DNA of 64,000 bases from Lingula anatina (GCA_051362555.1 CM120641.1:25054401-25118400), one strand, 5' to 3'. Positions 37,851-52,740 are shown, numbered from the stretch's first letter. The notes: generated by a model not told the origin, from the letters alone. A program made the numbers and translations.

Positions 37851-37944
37851 GTAAGTTGACTACAAGTACCATATTCTATTATATGTTGTCCATAATGCAC
37901 CAATAAATCACAGAAAAAATGTCACAAAACCTTAAGCTAAAGAT

Positions 37945-39775
37945 TTAAGGACAACTCCTTAGGATTTTCCCACCACTGATTTGATGGGTGCATTTTTCAA
38001 CAAACTGAGAACCAAACATACACTTGCTTCAAACTCCATGTCAGTTATTTTGTTTGTACGGTAATGTGCCAAGCATTTCGACGGGCCCAGTCAATCAGAC
38101 CACAAAAATTATTTTATAACATTGATTTTTCTGGGCTCAAACAATTAGTCCATACGTCAAAATCATGGGACAGAATTTTTTTCTTGTTCCGATTGTTCGA
38201 CCACATCGTCGACAAGACTCGGTAAATTTTCAAGCCAGTGAAATAGATGCTGCATGCCTCGGCCCTTTGTCAATTGTTGTCCTTTCAATAGCTCTCGTCA
38301 ATGAGGAAGAAACAATTAATTGAAGATCTAATCTGGAAGCATGACGTACCTGTCTTTTCCTTTGTCCCCGATGACAATAATAGTGCTTATCAGTCATTCT
38401 TTGCTAGTGGTGCACTGCAGGGGGGGCATAACAAGAATGTTATTTAAATTTAGATAGCCAACCAAATTCTCATGACATCATTGTGTATGTTTCAATAACA
38501 AATCAAAGAAGCTGCATGAGCAAGGAGGATGTTGTTATAAAAGCAAAAAAAAGAGAAAAAGAAGAAAATATATCGAAATTACCCTCAAAATGGCGTCCTT
38601 TTTTGTGGAATTTCGACCCTACCTCTATTTAGGAACAGTTTGTTTAGGGTTTGAATGAATTATTGAAGCAGGGAATACACCTACTGCAAGAAGATATAAT
38701 AAACAGAATGTGCAAATGGTTGTTTAAATAAAAATTTATTTGAAGTCACTGAATAATGGTCACAAAATTAGCTTAACTTACGATACATGCGGTGTCCCAC
38801 CCCGATGAAAATTTCATCTAATCCTATCTTTCCGTATTAAAACTGTTCAATCGTCCAAAGAAGTATGTCGGTTAGTTTGTGTCACGAAATCCATGATAAT
38901 ATCAGTTTTCTTAAGAATTTCACATTTATTGCTCAGCAAGGTCTATTTTTCTTCACCGCGTCCCAATATAACGTTCGCAACGGTGAAACTTCAGAGATCG
39001 ATTCTTATCAGACGACTTTAAAATGCCGCGTGAAAATTATACATCGATAGCGATCTTCTTCCATACTCACTAACTGATGACGTCTTACACACGAATGGCT
39101 TCTTTTGCACACTAAAAAAAACAGCTCAAACTGGCGGGTGGCCCATTCTGATAACATGTCACGCAATGACGCTGTCGAGATAGGATGCAGGGCACAGGTG
39201 TAATTCCCTCGATTTAACCATCACAGGATTGTTTATTGGGATCTTCTTTGTATGAAGGTGAGAAATTATGAGTTTTGTTTCATTTTTCTTCAATTGTTTC
39301 AACATATTTGTGTACCGATTGATTTTTACCATTCTATAAGTAGGGTGACTTCGTCTGAACTTTCGTTTTGCGTCTGTGTCACATGGGGGACTAAAGGTCA
39401 TATTGAACATGGTGACCCGGTGATACCGTATTCATGTTCTCTTGTTCTCGAAAACTCAATCATCGAAATTGAAAAATCTTTTTTTTTAGTTTTGTCTTAA
39501 ATTAAGCTGCTACACTGTATTCCGTGCGTTTAAAATTTAACCGTCTGTAAAAACAGCAATAATGGATTACTAGCAACACTTACATTACGCAATGAAGCAC
39601 CGAAAATGGGTGAAGAATATGTCTCAGTAATGCGTGTTTGCCACTCATAATGCACTGTACTTTCTTTGAATAAGCAATAAACTATTTGTGATCTTAGGTT
39701 ATCCATTGTTCGTTATCAGAGTTAACAGATTCTTTGTGTGATTTTTTTTCAGAATCCCAAGAGTGGATGCCTTAG
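37945..39775. mobile_element. Possible non-autonomous DNA element (ttaagg...ccttag, Crypton/Kolobok-like)
   Basis: CpG-richer block within an AT-rich intron; only weak terminal inverted similarity (ggacaactccttaggatt / aatcccaagagtggatgcc). Confidence 0.3.
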
Positions 39776-40900
39776 TGAGCACAGAACAGATATCACCATT
39801 GGTCCACATATGTCAGGAAGAATGTTATAATTATGAACTTTGTGTTACACTGAACTTCATTTTGTTAAATTTTGTATTTTACTGAACTTTATTGTGTTAG
39901 AATAATAATAATAAAATAATAATTCAGATAAAAAACTACAATCTGGAACATTCTTTAGATCAACTTTGTTCAGTGTGTGTCCCATGTGACAGTTACAGTA
40001 AATAAAATATGTGCATTATTCCTCTGTGTTTGTCAATTCCATTTAAAAAGCATGTGAAAGTGGTGTGCCCCTCATGATTGAAGTGTGTATGGATAATAGC
40101 AAAAATATTGTTATTATTTACATGATTATAAAAAGTTTTTGTACCCGCGTCAATAACGTTACCGTGACCCACATATTCACCATTTTTATTAATTATGAAA
40201 TGTGGATTAAATTCTTCAAACCCAGTTTTGAAGCATTGAGACAACACCCCCTTATGATTTAAACTAAAACTGAAAACATTCCATTAGATTTTCATTAGTT
40301 TGTGCAAAATATATTACCCAGGGTAACGCGTCTTGGATTTGGTGGGTATAGCTGTTCAACTCTCCTGTGTGCCCTAAAAAGGGCAGCTGCTGTTTCCCTT
40401 TTTATGAAATGATAAACTGTGATGGTGTAGCTATCACATCGCAAAATTACAGCTTCCCAGAGAAAGTTTGAAATTTTCGGTCAAATTCAACATTTTGTAA
40501 CCACTAGCAAAGAATGACAGTTATAGACATACAAATTTTGCTATTAAGCAGACTTGCCCTCGCTGACTGATTCATCACGCCCGTAACTGGGGAGGGGGGG
40601 AGGGTTAAAAAAAGGTCTATTCTGGATGAAACCAAATATCGACAGTGGTAAAATATGCCGTAAACACCTTCATATAGACCATATATCGCGTTTGCTAGCA
40701 ATAAAAAGTTTGGGAAGAATAAGCAATTTATTTTCAAGTTCGATTGAAATATATATGCAGATGGGGAAACGTTCTTGAAGTCAACACCGCAAGATCTTAC
40801 ATTTACTACAATCGTCTGAAAGATCAGCGGGATCGACCGCCCAGACTTCTTGGCGCCAAATACCACGTGCTGTCAAAATCTGACGAACACGTGTCGCTGT

Positions 40901-41622
40901 CCCAGCAGGCAAATTATGTTGTTTTAACGTTGAAACAACGTTGAACCATAACGTTGAAAAGACATTGAATAAACGTTGGATTTGAAAGTTGTGTCAACCT
41001 CAGATAACAACGTTGTATCAACGTCAGAAAACAATGTTATATCAACCCCACTGAGCGGGAAATTTGCCTGGATGTGTTTAGCAGAAGGACATGTTTGGTG
41101 GCTAAATATATGTAGGGTATAAATGTATGGACTTTAAGTTAAAATTTCCAAGGTTTAGACTATATATATATATATATATAAATCACAGTTACCTCAACCT
41201 GTCTATCTATAACAGGTTACCAAGAACTGTTAACTCTATCACATTTACAGCAACTTATTCATCCTAGTGTTAGCTGACCTTGCAAGCAATTCAGTTTATT
41301 GGAATGTTTTTCTGAATAACAAGTTAAGAAAATTCACAAGTTAACTAAAGACACAAAACAACTGTCACTTTTACTTCAAAACCATTTTGTTATTATTTTG
41401 ATAAATTTAGTTACAGTATTGATAAACAAAGTATCACGTTTTCAATAATTAATATTTTAAATTACAATCCATAACTGCAGGGTTGTGTCATTGACCAAAA
41501 TACAACGTTGAGTCAACGTGGCTTGATCAACGTTGATTTAACTTTGAATTGAGGTAGATCAACGGCAATTCAACGTATCAACCTGTTTTCAACGTTGATC
41601 CAACGCAACTATGCCTGCTGGG
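40901..41622. mobile_element. MITE with CCCAGCAGGCA TIRs and caacgttg subterminal repeats (EnSpm/CMC-like)
   Basis: cccagcaggca...tgcctgctggg with 3-bp TGT duplication; empty site in the paralogous repeat at ~15498-15508. Confidence 0.85.
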
Positions 41623-44212
41623 TGTTCACCTACATGGATAACTGATTTGTCAACAATAAAAATGACGTCTTCCTTAACTCCATGGGAGCTTCATAGAGAG
41701 TTCCACTTGGTATTTACGTTACCTGTGAGTCACTTTCTATTTCCCCAGATGCATGAAATGTTGATAATATTTAGCGTAATCCACGACGAACTCCATTCCT
41801 GTGACCCCCTCCCCCAAAATGGGACCGTCTTCATTAACATGTGGTTTGCGCTATGCTGGAGCAGACCAGATAAAACCAGTCTCTCATTTCTGCATGTGCT
41901 CAATTCTCACGTCAAATTATAAATGCACCTGTTTTGTGAAAATTATGGCAAGTAAATGCTTTTTATGTACAGACACAGATGTTTCTGTACATATAGCCGT
42001 CATCTGCGTCTGTTGTCGCCGTCACTGTCGCCGGGGCCGTCGCCGTCGCCGTTGGCGTGCACTTTAACCGTAAACACGATAAGTGAAAAACCATTTTACC
42101 TTTTGGCTTGAAAGTTACAGAACTGATGAATATTCATAATACGCCGGTCAAGTTCGAAAATCAGCATGATCGGGCTATTTATAGGGAAGTTATGCTTTTT
42201 TTTCACTTTTTTCAGCATATATGCAACACCGTAAACACGATAAGTGGAAATCGGTTTTACCTTTTGGCTTGAAAATTACAGAACTGATGAATATTCATAA
42301 TACGCCGGTCAAGTTCGAAAATCAGCATGATCGGGTCATTTTTAGGGAAGTTACGCTTTTTTTTTCACTTTTTTCAGCATATATAACACCGTAAACACGA
42401 TAAGTGGAAATCGGTTTTACCTCTTGGTTTGAAACTTACAGAACTGATGAGTATTTAAAATACACAGGTCAAGTTCGAAAATCAGCATGATAGAGCCACT
42501 TTTATGGAAGTTATGCTGTTTTTTTCATTTTTTTCAGCATATATGCAACACTGATACAGAATATAAGAAAAACAGATAGGCCAATTGTCATTGTACTCAC
42601 AGGAGTGGTCAAATCTTACTAAAACATAGCTTGAGTATGAAAATCAGCATAATCGGGCCATTATTTTAGAAGTTATGCTTTTTTTTCACATTTCCTCAGA
42701 TTCAATTCTTAGGCATGTTAATAGTCTCATTATTGAACTAATAAGATACGTAAAAGTGTTTGTATGACATTTCCTGCATCTTTACAACATTGTCAGTTGA
42801 TTATGTAAAAATGATGGTAAATTTGTTATCGTGTATTGTGTAATGAAGTGTCAAAAATGGAAATAAACACATATCATTGCAGTTTGTCAGATTCAATCAT
42901 CCACTATGTTCAGAATCTCAGAATGGAGGAAATTGTACATTTAACACTGTTCTATTGATATTTTTCCCATCTCATCAATTTTCTTAGTTGGTCATATAAA
43001 AATGGCAGTAAACTGTTAATTTTGTTTTATGTTTAAAAAGTGTTAAAAATGGAAATAAACCCATTTCAGAAAAGTGCTGTCTTGTTTACATTTTGGCATT
43101 TTCATGAATTGACTTTGCAGTTCCATGGTCCTGAAGACCTTTGCTAGTCAAATTTTCTGAATATTGATGATACTACTATTTTATTTTTAATAATTGATGG
43201 TCATTATGCTGTTAAACATTATGTAATATTGCATCAAAATTTGAAGAAACCCCTATTTTGGGCACTGCTCCCATGATGACCATTTAAGGAAAATCATGTC
43301 ACTCACTGTTCTCAAACTTACAGGAAAGAAACATGGGACTAAAATATAGCTTCAGTAGGCAATGCAGTCTGTTTGGTAAATTTTTCTGGCAATTAAACAT
43401 TTTTTTGTGAAAATTTAATTTTTCACTTATTGGCATTTTCAAGGTGTGACTTAGAACCTCCACGGGCTTGAAGACCTTTGCTAGTCACATTTTCTGAATA
43501 TCCATGATACTAATATTTTATTATTAAAAATTGATGGTCATTATGCTGTTAAACATTATGTAATGTTGCATCAAAATAGAAGAAAACACAATTTTTGGTG
43601 TTGCTGCCATGATGACCATTATGGGAAAACCATGTTACTTATGACTGTCAAACTTTCAAAAAAGAAACACAGGACTAAAATGCAGCCTGAATTGGAAAAA
43701 CAGTCTAGTTGGCATCTTTTTCTGGAAGTTATACATTTTAGTGAAATATTCATTATCTTTTTGGCATATTCATTGTGGGACTCCCATGGACATGAAGCCG
43801 AATGGTAATCAAATTTTCTACATGTCCATGCTATTTATAGTCAATAATCAAAAATTGGTGATAATTATTCTATAATTTATTATGTAATGTTACATCAAAA
43901 TTGACAAAAATCTTTTTGCACTGCTACTGCAAACATTATGAAAAGAAAACTGTGTTACTTATTATTATTTTTAACATACAAGTATGATTTTTAGGATTGG
44001 CATGCAGTTCAAATTAGAAAGCCAGGTCAATTGGTCAATTCTTTTATTATTAAATTTATGCAATTTTGTGTGAAATTTTCATTTTTCTTATTGTGGCACT
44101 TTTAAAGTATAATCTTGAACTCTGATGGGCGTGAAGCCTTATGCTTTTACTTTCGTCGGTGTTACCTGTTGTGCATAATTAAAATTTGATATTGACTGTG
44201 CAGTTAAACATA

Positions 44213-47200
44213 CCGTACTAGGATTAAGAATGTGTACATTTACCCCGTGGACCATTTGAAGATTACACTGCGATTAATGCGGTGGAAAATACAATAGAGA
44301 GAGTGTATAATGATAGGGTCGCTAAACGATTGTTGATGGCATATTGTAACTAGCCTAATCCCCTGGTCGCCTGGGTAGCCACGCCCCCTTAGAGTACTTA
44401 TGTAAACAAACGGTCTCCCGTAACGAACTATCCTTTTGTTCAACAGCTTCGCGCGTGCAGCTGATTATGTATGTAGTGACACTATAGCTAACTGCATATA
44501 AATTTGTGCTAGCTGTTATTTGATTCATTCTGCTGTGTCGGATGTTGTGTATCAGCCCACTGGTTCGTTGACTTATGTTTTTCTGAAGATTGGTGGTGCA
44601 GATTTTGAGTGCTTAATTATTTACCCTCCTTCTAACAAGAGAAAGGGAAAGGGAGATAAAAGGAGAGAGTGTCAAATGAAACGGGTAATGAGTAATACAT
44701 TACATTAAATAAAGGGACTCGCGGTGGAAGAAACGATAGACTGTTTTGCATCAAGGTATGCCATTATAATCCGACATGGCCCATAACATGATCCATAACA
44801 TGACTCATTGTTGTATGCCTTATATTTGTGCCGACTTATATTTTACCTTGTTCATTTCGTGAAACTATTTCTTTGAGTAAAGGGGCCCGCACACGGTGAG
44901 CATTCGGCGCGCGCCACTTGCGCTGCGCCAGATGCTTGCGCTCCTCAGCTCCCCGCAAACGATGCGCTCTTTGCTCAGCAGAGATGCCTCCCGGCCTGCC
45001 CCTATCGGATGCAACTGTGGGATCATGTGATTAAGGAAACATTACATATTGTTGTTTTTTCTGATAGTAATGGATAATGGTTATCACGTAAATCAATCAG
45101 ACTAACTATAACTGTGTACTTTTTTGTTGACTTTGCTGGGGGCTGCCATTTTTGTTTGTTTCCGGCTACTGGCACATGCGCATTGTTAGCATGGCGTGAG
45201 CAATCGGCGCTTGCACCCCGCACACGCTGAGACATTTGCCTCAAGAGACCCAAAAAATCAAACATGTGAGAAATTTTGCTCAGCCGCGCGTGAGGCAAAA
45301 ATCTCACCAAAATACCCCCGCACACGATGAGAAAACGGCGCAGCGCAAGTGGCGCGCGCCAAATGCTCACCATGTGCGGGCCTCTTAAATTTTTGCCTGT
45401 ATAAATTAACTTTGTGACATGAAGTAATTAATTAAAACGCGCCTGTTGAAAAGGGGGCTTTTCGTAACTAATAAAGGTTCACTATTCAGAAAAATATCGT
45501 CGCCGTTCGTCGCCGCTACCTTCAGGAAAACGTACCCTCCGCGTGGATCACCGGCATTTTTGATTATCTGACAAATAAGGGCAATTTACGTTTTAGCTAA
45601 TAATTCTGAATTTACTAATATTTTGGACTAAATTCAACGTCAGATTCATAGCAATGATGGAGAGCCGCCAGAGTAACTGTTACTTTTAATTTTCTAAACT
45701 AATCGAACTAGAACGCGTGGCGATAAAATGTGTCGCTAGATCTTGTAAACACTCAGCGAAATGCACCTAGTGACTATATTCAATGTGCCGTCACTTAATT
45801 GCTTTCTCGATTTCATTAATTGACGATAGTAATTGCATATAACAAGGAAGAGGAAATGCTGAAGACAAAACAACGTCGGGTCTTTGTGTGACTTTCTCCC
45901 TAAACACTTTTTATGTTGCTGTCAAAGAAAAAGGAGTCTAGATAGCGATTATTTAAACCACTGCTGCTGCTTTTGCAGGTAGACTTCCTCGTTTATCATT
46001 TAAATGCTCCCCTCCCCCAGCAGACCCAACTTGATGCATGTACGTCTTGGTAGCTATAGTACAGATCTTGGTTCAAGTAATGAAAGGTTTAAGCACAAAA
46101 CGATAATTTGAGGCTATTTTTTCATTCAAGACAAAATTAAGTATCTATGGTGTGTGACAATAGGGACTTTACAAAGCTTAATTTGTCCTTAAATATATAT
46201 TCCAGTAGCATAGGCGAGCGACGTAATTGTAGCCTCAACTTGAGGTATCCTCGATGAAAGCGGAGTACAAAAATTAACTTTTTTAAATATCGATTACAAC
46301 ATGCTGTACAATGATATTGAGACTAAAGGGTTTAATGGATTTCTTTGCCTTAAAAGCAATTCATTTCAAAATTAAAAGAAACAGTTTTTTCGTGGAGCGC
46401 GGGTAGACAGTTTACGTCAGGTGATTCGTTAAAGTCGAGGAGTGTTTCACTATCAAATGTGTAAATCATATATGTCAGAAAACACTATAAGAAAGTTTTT
46501 TGTTACGATCTGCAACATTTGTTCATTTATATAGCAGGGCGAAGTTAAAGCCAGAGGTAAATAGAACCTAATACCGTAATCCTCCTTGTCCATTTATTTA
46601 AATCGTATCAAAATGTTTGATACACAATGTTCATTAAATTCATAATTTTGGCAATTTATCAAAACCATATTGGTACATAAAAGTTTAAGATTAGCATAAG
46701 TTAAGCAACAACCAGTATGAAGAACAACACCATTTTTAAATGAGGCAAGACACCCTCTTCACACTGATTATAACCTTGAGAAAGACATTATGCAACTTAA
46801 GGCAAAGGAGTTATGCAAAGTTCTTTCAACTCAAGTGTGAATACAACACATTCTTTCTCACTTTTACAAGACAATGGAGGCGAGCAAGTAGAGTAATTAC
46901 AATATACAATAAAAAGGACATTAGTATAGAAAGCTTACTTCGGGTCAGCCCTTTGCTTGTTCGAATGAAAGAGATAGATATCGCGCCACGACTCCCTTTA
47001 TTAAACCTTCGTGTGTTTGTGTAAAAGTGTGAAAGACAGGCAACGGTCTTTAGTCGCTGTTGATATTGTTCGCGATTAATGTTGAAGTATAACTCCTTCG
47101 CCTGCATGTAAACGTGTTACTTTTCCTCATGTTCTCTATATTTCTCTTAGGTGGTTGAGACAATGGGATGAGATCGATAAAAGTTAAGGTTAATCTAAAC

Positions 47201-49056
47201 AATTAGATGCAATTTTTGTGAAATGACTTATTAAGTGATGTGCATGTACCTAGCATGTTTAAATTCTTGAATTTCTAATTGGTTAAATCTTTCATACACG
47301 GCCTCATATATGTATTACTCTCAGGCCTTCGATATTATTGTGTTACACGGGACTCCTGGAAACCTGAAGCACAGGTCTACGGAGTCTTGTTATCCTTCAT
47401 GCAGTTTTATGGCTGGGATGAACACTGCGAAGTAGAAACAGGCTTTACTTAGCTTTACTTGATGCACGACAGTTTAAACAAAACCAGTCTGCAAGGCTTG
47501 CTTTGATTTGGCGTTAACCTTACACTGGTTTTAAAAGAACAAATATAAATATGTTCGATGGATTAAATGCCGGCTTCGTTATATTTTAACTAAATGCGTT
47601 CATTTGCACAGTTACACAGATAATATTTTTAAGTTGTCTGTCGTTCAGCACGCATTATAGGGGAGTAGCTAAATAGTGACGGTGATCAATCCAAGCTCAA
47701 TCTTGGCAAGTATCGTTTACAAAATAGATCATGTTGAATAAACTTAATTACGCTTTAATAAATAATCAACACACGGTTCGGTTATTGTCACTTGAAAGCT
47801 TTCGATCAAAGACGTTCAATGAAATCACAAATCATTTGACGATTAAAAAATGGACATGTTCAAGGGGCAGTTTTTGTTTCAGCTAAAGGGACTTCAGGTT
47901 CAGGTAGAGGGTTCAGTTACGTGTTTCATCGGATGATAGCATCACGCCCTAGGTCTAAGCGAGTTGAATAGAAGCTTTTTATCCAAACATCCTATTCCTA
48001 ACTATTGATTTAGGACAAAGGTCTAGTAACATGCACTGTGCAATTACTATTAATGGATCAGATGCATACTTGATTGTTTTTCCTCTGGTGTCGCACGTAT
48101 GCATCCTTACTTGAGTGATCTAAAACAAGTCGCTAGTGTACCATGTTTCTCACTGTAGCAAAATATGTTCGACATGGTGTTTCTGAACGGCAGCCGTAGA
48201 CACAGTAATTGTATAGGCATGCTTTAAGCTTGTTCGAGAGATAATAACAGTCGGGTTTAACAATAGATAGCGAGCAATAGTAAGACCCCCTCCTCTTTAA
48301 CTGATGATTTACACTTTTAATTGACCGTACTTTCGTATATTGTATGATCATACAGCCAGATTTCCCCCTGTTGCACGTTGTAGTTGGATTGTCATTGCGC
48401 CTATGTCAATGCACCTCATTTAATTTCAATATTATAATATAAATACTTGAACGCTTGAATGCAGATATTTCAAATTAAAACGTAAGTACATAAATAAATT
48501 ATACATTTATAAATTAATCCAATAGGAATTTTTTGAGACAGATTGATGCTGACGCTCATGCATTTCAACCAAACAAACAATAATTAGTTCAATTTTTGAC
48601 TGCGGAAATTTTATATAGGATGAAATAACTGATAAATTTAACTAGCAGTTTGTTAGCAACACTAAAAACCAGCTGCGCGTGCCAAACTAGTGAACAAAAG
48701 GACAGTTCGCTTCGCGTGGCACGCCTTAGCATGGGTTTAGCCTCTTCAAGCTATAATCCTATCGCCGCAACAAACAATAGGGACCTTCTGGCTGATGTAT
48801 CCTGCTGTTAATTACACCTAGTTACAGCGGATTGTCACGCTCGCGCTGGGCCACAGAAACCGGTGTCATGGGGTTCACTCGTATTAAGTATTGTGTTATT
48901 CCACCTAAGCTATTGTGTTTGTGCGTTCGAATTTTGAAGGGATTTATACGGCCCTCCATTGTTTGTCCGCCCCCTTCTATTCACAAGATAGGGATTAAAA
49001 TATTTCGAACGTTGTTACACCGGTGTACAACGGAAACAAAATTATTCCGACCACTG
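44213..49056. mobile_element. 4.8-kb non-coding insertion with TA duplication and degenerate TIRs (Tc1/mariner-type target)
   Basis: Host reads aaaca-TA-atgtattattg in copy A; here aaaca TA ccgtactagg...ccgaccactg TA atgtattattg. Ends match 10/15 as inverted repeats. Confidence 0.75.
44881..45385. mobile_element. PIF/Harbinger-type MITE
   Basis: 49-bp TIR aggggcccgcacacggtgagcattcggcgcgcgccacttgcgctgcgcc (3 mismatches), TAA duplication at 44878-44880 and 45386-45388. Confidence 0.9.
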
Positions 49057-49368
49057 TAATGTATTATTGCATCAGAATTGGAAGTCTCCTATTTTGTACA
49101 TAATTGTTTTGTGCTTTTCTTAAGATGTGACTTATGGGCCTGAAAGACCTTTGAGAGGGTCAGTCTGTAAATTTCCCTTTGGTATCACTTAGCTAATTTC
49201 AGAGTTATAAAGTCATTTGCCTAATTAATAGGTCTTTAAATGAGATTACATAAAGCACACTTGTTGATATTTCCCTGTAAATTCCCAAAGGTTAAGCTCT
49301 CTGCTAGATTAATAATAAGGAAGCAGTGATAATTATGCAGGTAAATTTTGTTTAATATTGCAAATAAG

Positions 49369-49439
<71 letters not shown>

Positions 49440-51728
49440 CGGAAGATTAAAGGTTTGAATAGCAGCTTCATTGGAATTATATTTACCTCTGCCAAGGAGG
49501 TTATGTTTTCACCCCTGTCTGTCATCAACATAACTCAAAAAGTTACGGATCGATTTTGATGAAAATTTCAGGAACTGTTGGAAGTGGGCAGGGAAGACAA
49601 TGATTAGTTATTGGTGTTGTTGGTCCAGATCAATAATCAATCAATAAGCAATAATAATCAACAATTGCTGTCTAGGCAGAGGTCTGCGCTCTCAGAGTGC
49701 TTTTCTTGTTTTGTTATGTTTTCCTTTTTAATTTTCAAACACTGGCATTTGTGACTTTTAACTCTCATCCGCCTGAGGCTCTGCACATTTTCTGTATTTC
49801 CACATAAGCAGTTGTATTGTTTTTTATGTCTTTAAACATTATGTAATATTATTTTATGCACTGTCATCATTTTTCAAAAATTGAGATTTTCATCATGTTA
49901 ATTTGATCTCTCATGGTCCTGAAACTGTAATCTTATTGAAGGGGTGGATTGAGACCATCTTCTGGGTCTTCTGGAAGACGGTCAGATTATTAAGTTTATA
50001 TTGACTGGCATCTGTTTTTTTTCTGTTGGAAGACCATAAAAATGGGGGATGGATCAACATAGATACTTTGGAATACTGTCAGAAAATATCTCTGGGTTCG
50101 CTCCTGTTATTGACCATGGTACCTGTTGTGCATGATTAGAATTCAGTGTTGACTGACAGTGCTATTATAAGCATTATTTATTATTGCATCAAAATTGACA
50201 AAATGACCTATTTTGCATCTTTATTTTCTGTTTTTTGTCTGTACATTTGACAGCTTTGCTGCCTTGTTTTACGTTCGGGTTGTATCAGTGGGGTTTTCAA
50301 TATGCACTGTGGTTTGTGCACAGCGAGAGTATATAAGTAAGAAAATCGGAAGAATGCCAGCAAAATACTGTGTCTATCGGCACAGGTACGCTCCGTATTT
50401 TGCCTTTTCTCAACATGTTTTTATATGACATGCTTTTTAAATAAAATACTTAATAGTAATTTGAAGTTACACTGATTTCCGTTTGAGTACCAGTTGGTAT
50501 TCTTTGATACGGGTGATTGAATTTTCTTCGGAAGTACGTACATCTATGCCTCGACGCTGAGCAAGCCTTGCGGGTTGAAAACAACTGATCTCAGACTGGT
50601 AAAAAATTTCAATTCGGTTGATTTCAGTTGTCATATTAAAATTCATATAGGGCGTATGTAGATCACATAACTAGTTTAAGTCCACTAAAGCTACCGGTTT
50701 CAACTATAAGTGACCGGCCTTTGTTTACAACACCTGTCTCCAGGGAAATACTCGTCCCACTTGTGAAGCGCATCATGAAAGTGATCGTAGGTGAGGGAAA
50801 TATATAATTAAAAATTATAATTGTCGTCTTTTTTAATGTTAGCACATATTGTACACAGCAAAATAAGATTTCAGGAGGATAAAACATGCCTGAAACACAT
50901 GTTAGGCAAAAATTGTGGCTTATCTTGCATAACACTTCCGGTAAAATGCAATACTTCCGGAAAGATGGACGTTTTGGCAGATGCCCCTAACAATCCAACG
51001 ATATCAAAGGTTTCCATTTGCTATATTTTAATCAATTCGACCAAACTGCCATTTCCATGAAATTAATTAATTAATCTTGGTCGAATTGTTTGGCATATTA
51101 CCGTATGTTTTTTGTCTTGTCTGCATGAGATCACACAAGATCGCAATGTCAAAGGCAGCTCAAGGCAGGACAGAGCTGTGATGGTTGAGACATGTGACTT
51201 CCAAATATGGAAGCGCCTCAGGCAAAATTTTGCCAAACATGCTCCCGATATGCTAGTGGTGGCTATAAAGTGGGTATTGCTGATATGGGCTATATATAAA
51301 ATCAAGAACGAGCTGGCAATACAGAAATCTAGAACCTAGGGTAATGACACTCATGACATTTGTATAAATCCTAGTCAAGGAATGAAAAGTAATTTTTGTG
51401 ATGTCTATGGTTTTATAAGACATCCTTCTCCAGCACTGTGGTCAAACCAAAAACTTGCATTTATTTTTTTGGCTTGTATATAGATACATTGAAAGCACCT
51501 TAAAATTATTTATTTTATAACACATGATGTTGAATGTTCAGACAGAACTAGTGAAGTAGTGATGCAGAAAATGTGGAGGAATTCAGTCTGTACAATGTGT
51601 CTGTCCATATATGTAAAGGCTGGAACAGCTTCAAATGGGCACAACCCTGAAGTTGTTTAACAATTCACTGAAAATTAAGAACCAGTTTCAATGCTCCATC
51701 AATCATAGGCTGCATCACTAATTTTCAG

Positions 51729-51858
51729 GTGACAATAAAAGCCAGGGACCCTGTTTTGGAAGCAGTCAATTCAAGTCTTGGATTCTGTGGCAGCGATCTT
51801 GTTGTAATCATAACAATTGTACAACCAAATAAAAACTTATATCCTCCACAGTTTCAAA
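51729..51858 (+). CDS. Cadherin exon (VTIKARDP...NLYPPQFQ)
   Basis: ttttcag acceptor, aaa|gtaagt donor, phase 0/1. Confidence 0.87.
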
Positions 51859-52195
51859 GTAAGTATAGGAGTATGCAAGTACTGTATTTAGGTGTGCTCC
51901 ACGAACCTATAAAAGTTGAGAACTAAAACAGTATTTGGATCTTGATAAAGATACCAAAAGAAAACTTTACTTTAAGCTCTGGTATGAATTGGACAATTTT
52001 AAGATAGGCTTCCTTTAAATGTTAAAAGATTTGGAACACAGCTTGCTGTAAAGAGTTATAATTTTTATTCAAAACCACTCAAAAACATGCACACATGCAT
52101 TTCAAATCTTGGTCAGGTGAACCACCAATCTCTATGGAATGTGACATAGCTATTTTATTTATGTCAGTTGAAAGTTGGTCCTTTTTATGTTTCAG

Positions 52196-52386
52196 CTTTT
52201 GATGGAAAGAACATTTCCAACACCATAAATTCAGTACAGAATGCTGTGTACTACAATGGGATAATGGGATCCATAAATGTGACTGCCACAGATGGCGATA
52301 ACCCTAGCAAGCCACAAGGGCAGCTTGTGTATTCCTTGGAATACAACTGCCATAAATTAAAATATCTTGACCAGTCCTTTGTGTGG
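52196..52386 (+). CDS. Cadherin exon (FDGKNIS...ATDGD...SFVW)
   Basis: gtttcag acceptor, tgg|gtgagt donor, phase 1/0. Confidence 0.85.
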
Positions 52387-52740
52387 GTGAGTTTATTGGT
52401 CTTATGAGAACCTTTTTGATGGTTTGAGAGAAAGTATAACTTTATTCCTCCCTGTCCCTCCAGCTGCATGCTTGAAGAAATAATAGTAAACACAGTTGTC
52501 TGTCCATTTTTTAGTAATTACATTGATTATGGTCCATTCTCTGTCTTTTACACATGCCTTTTCAACCTCTCCTATAAGTTTGCTCATGCCTTGATCTTTA
52601 AGGATAATTCCCTTTTATATGAACTAATGAGTTTATTTGATAATGGCATCTTAATTATAACATTGAAGAAGTGCTGATACAGTAATATGTATTGATAGTT
52701 GTATAAGAAAACTACTTGAAACTGTTAACTGCATAAAACA

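Larger units (their letters stand above)
41960..50268 (+). mobile_element. HINE family 1, copy E (long variant), interrupted at 44213-49056
   Basis: Both termini present; collinear with copies A and C; (TA)n at ~49370-49435. Confidence 0.85.

Noticed and set aside
46740-47107. Overlapping 94/93-aa ORFs in the orphan element
   Set aside because: No recognisable domain; they coincide with an inverted-repeat region and are of chance length.
50430-51340. Possible further DNA-element fragments (CpG-rich, Crypton/Kolobok-like)
   Set aside because: Could not define termini or TSDs by eye.
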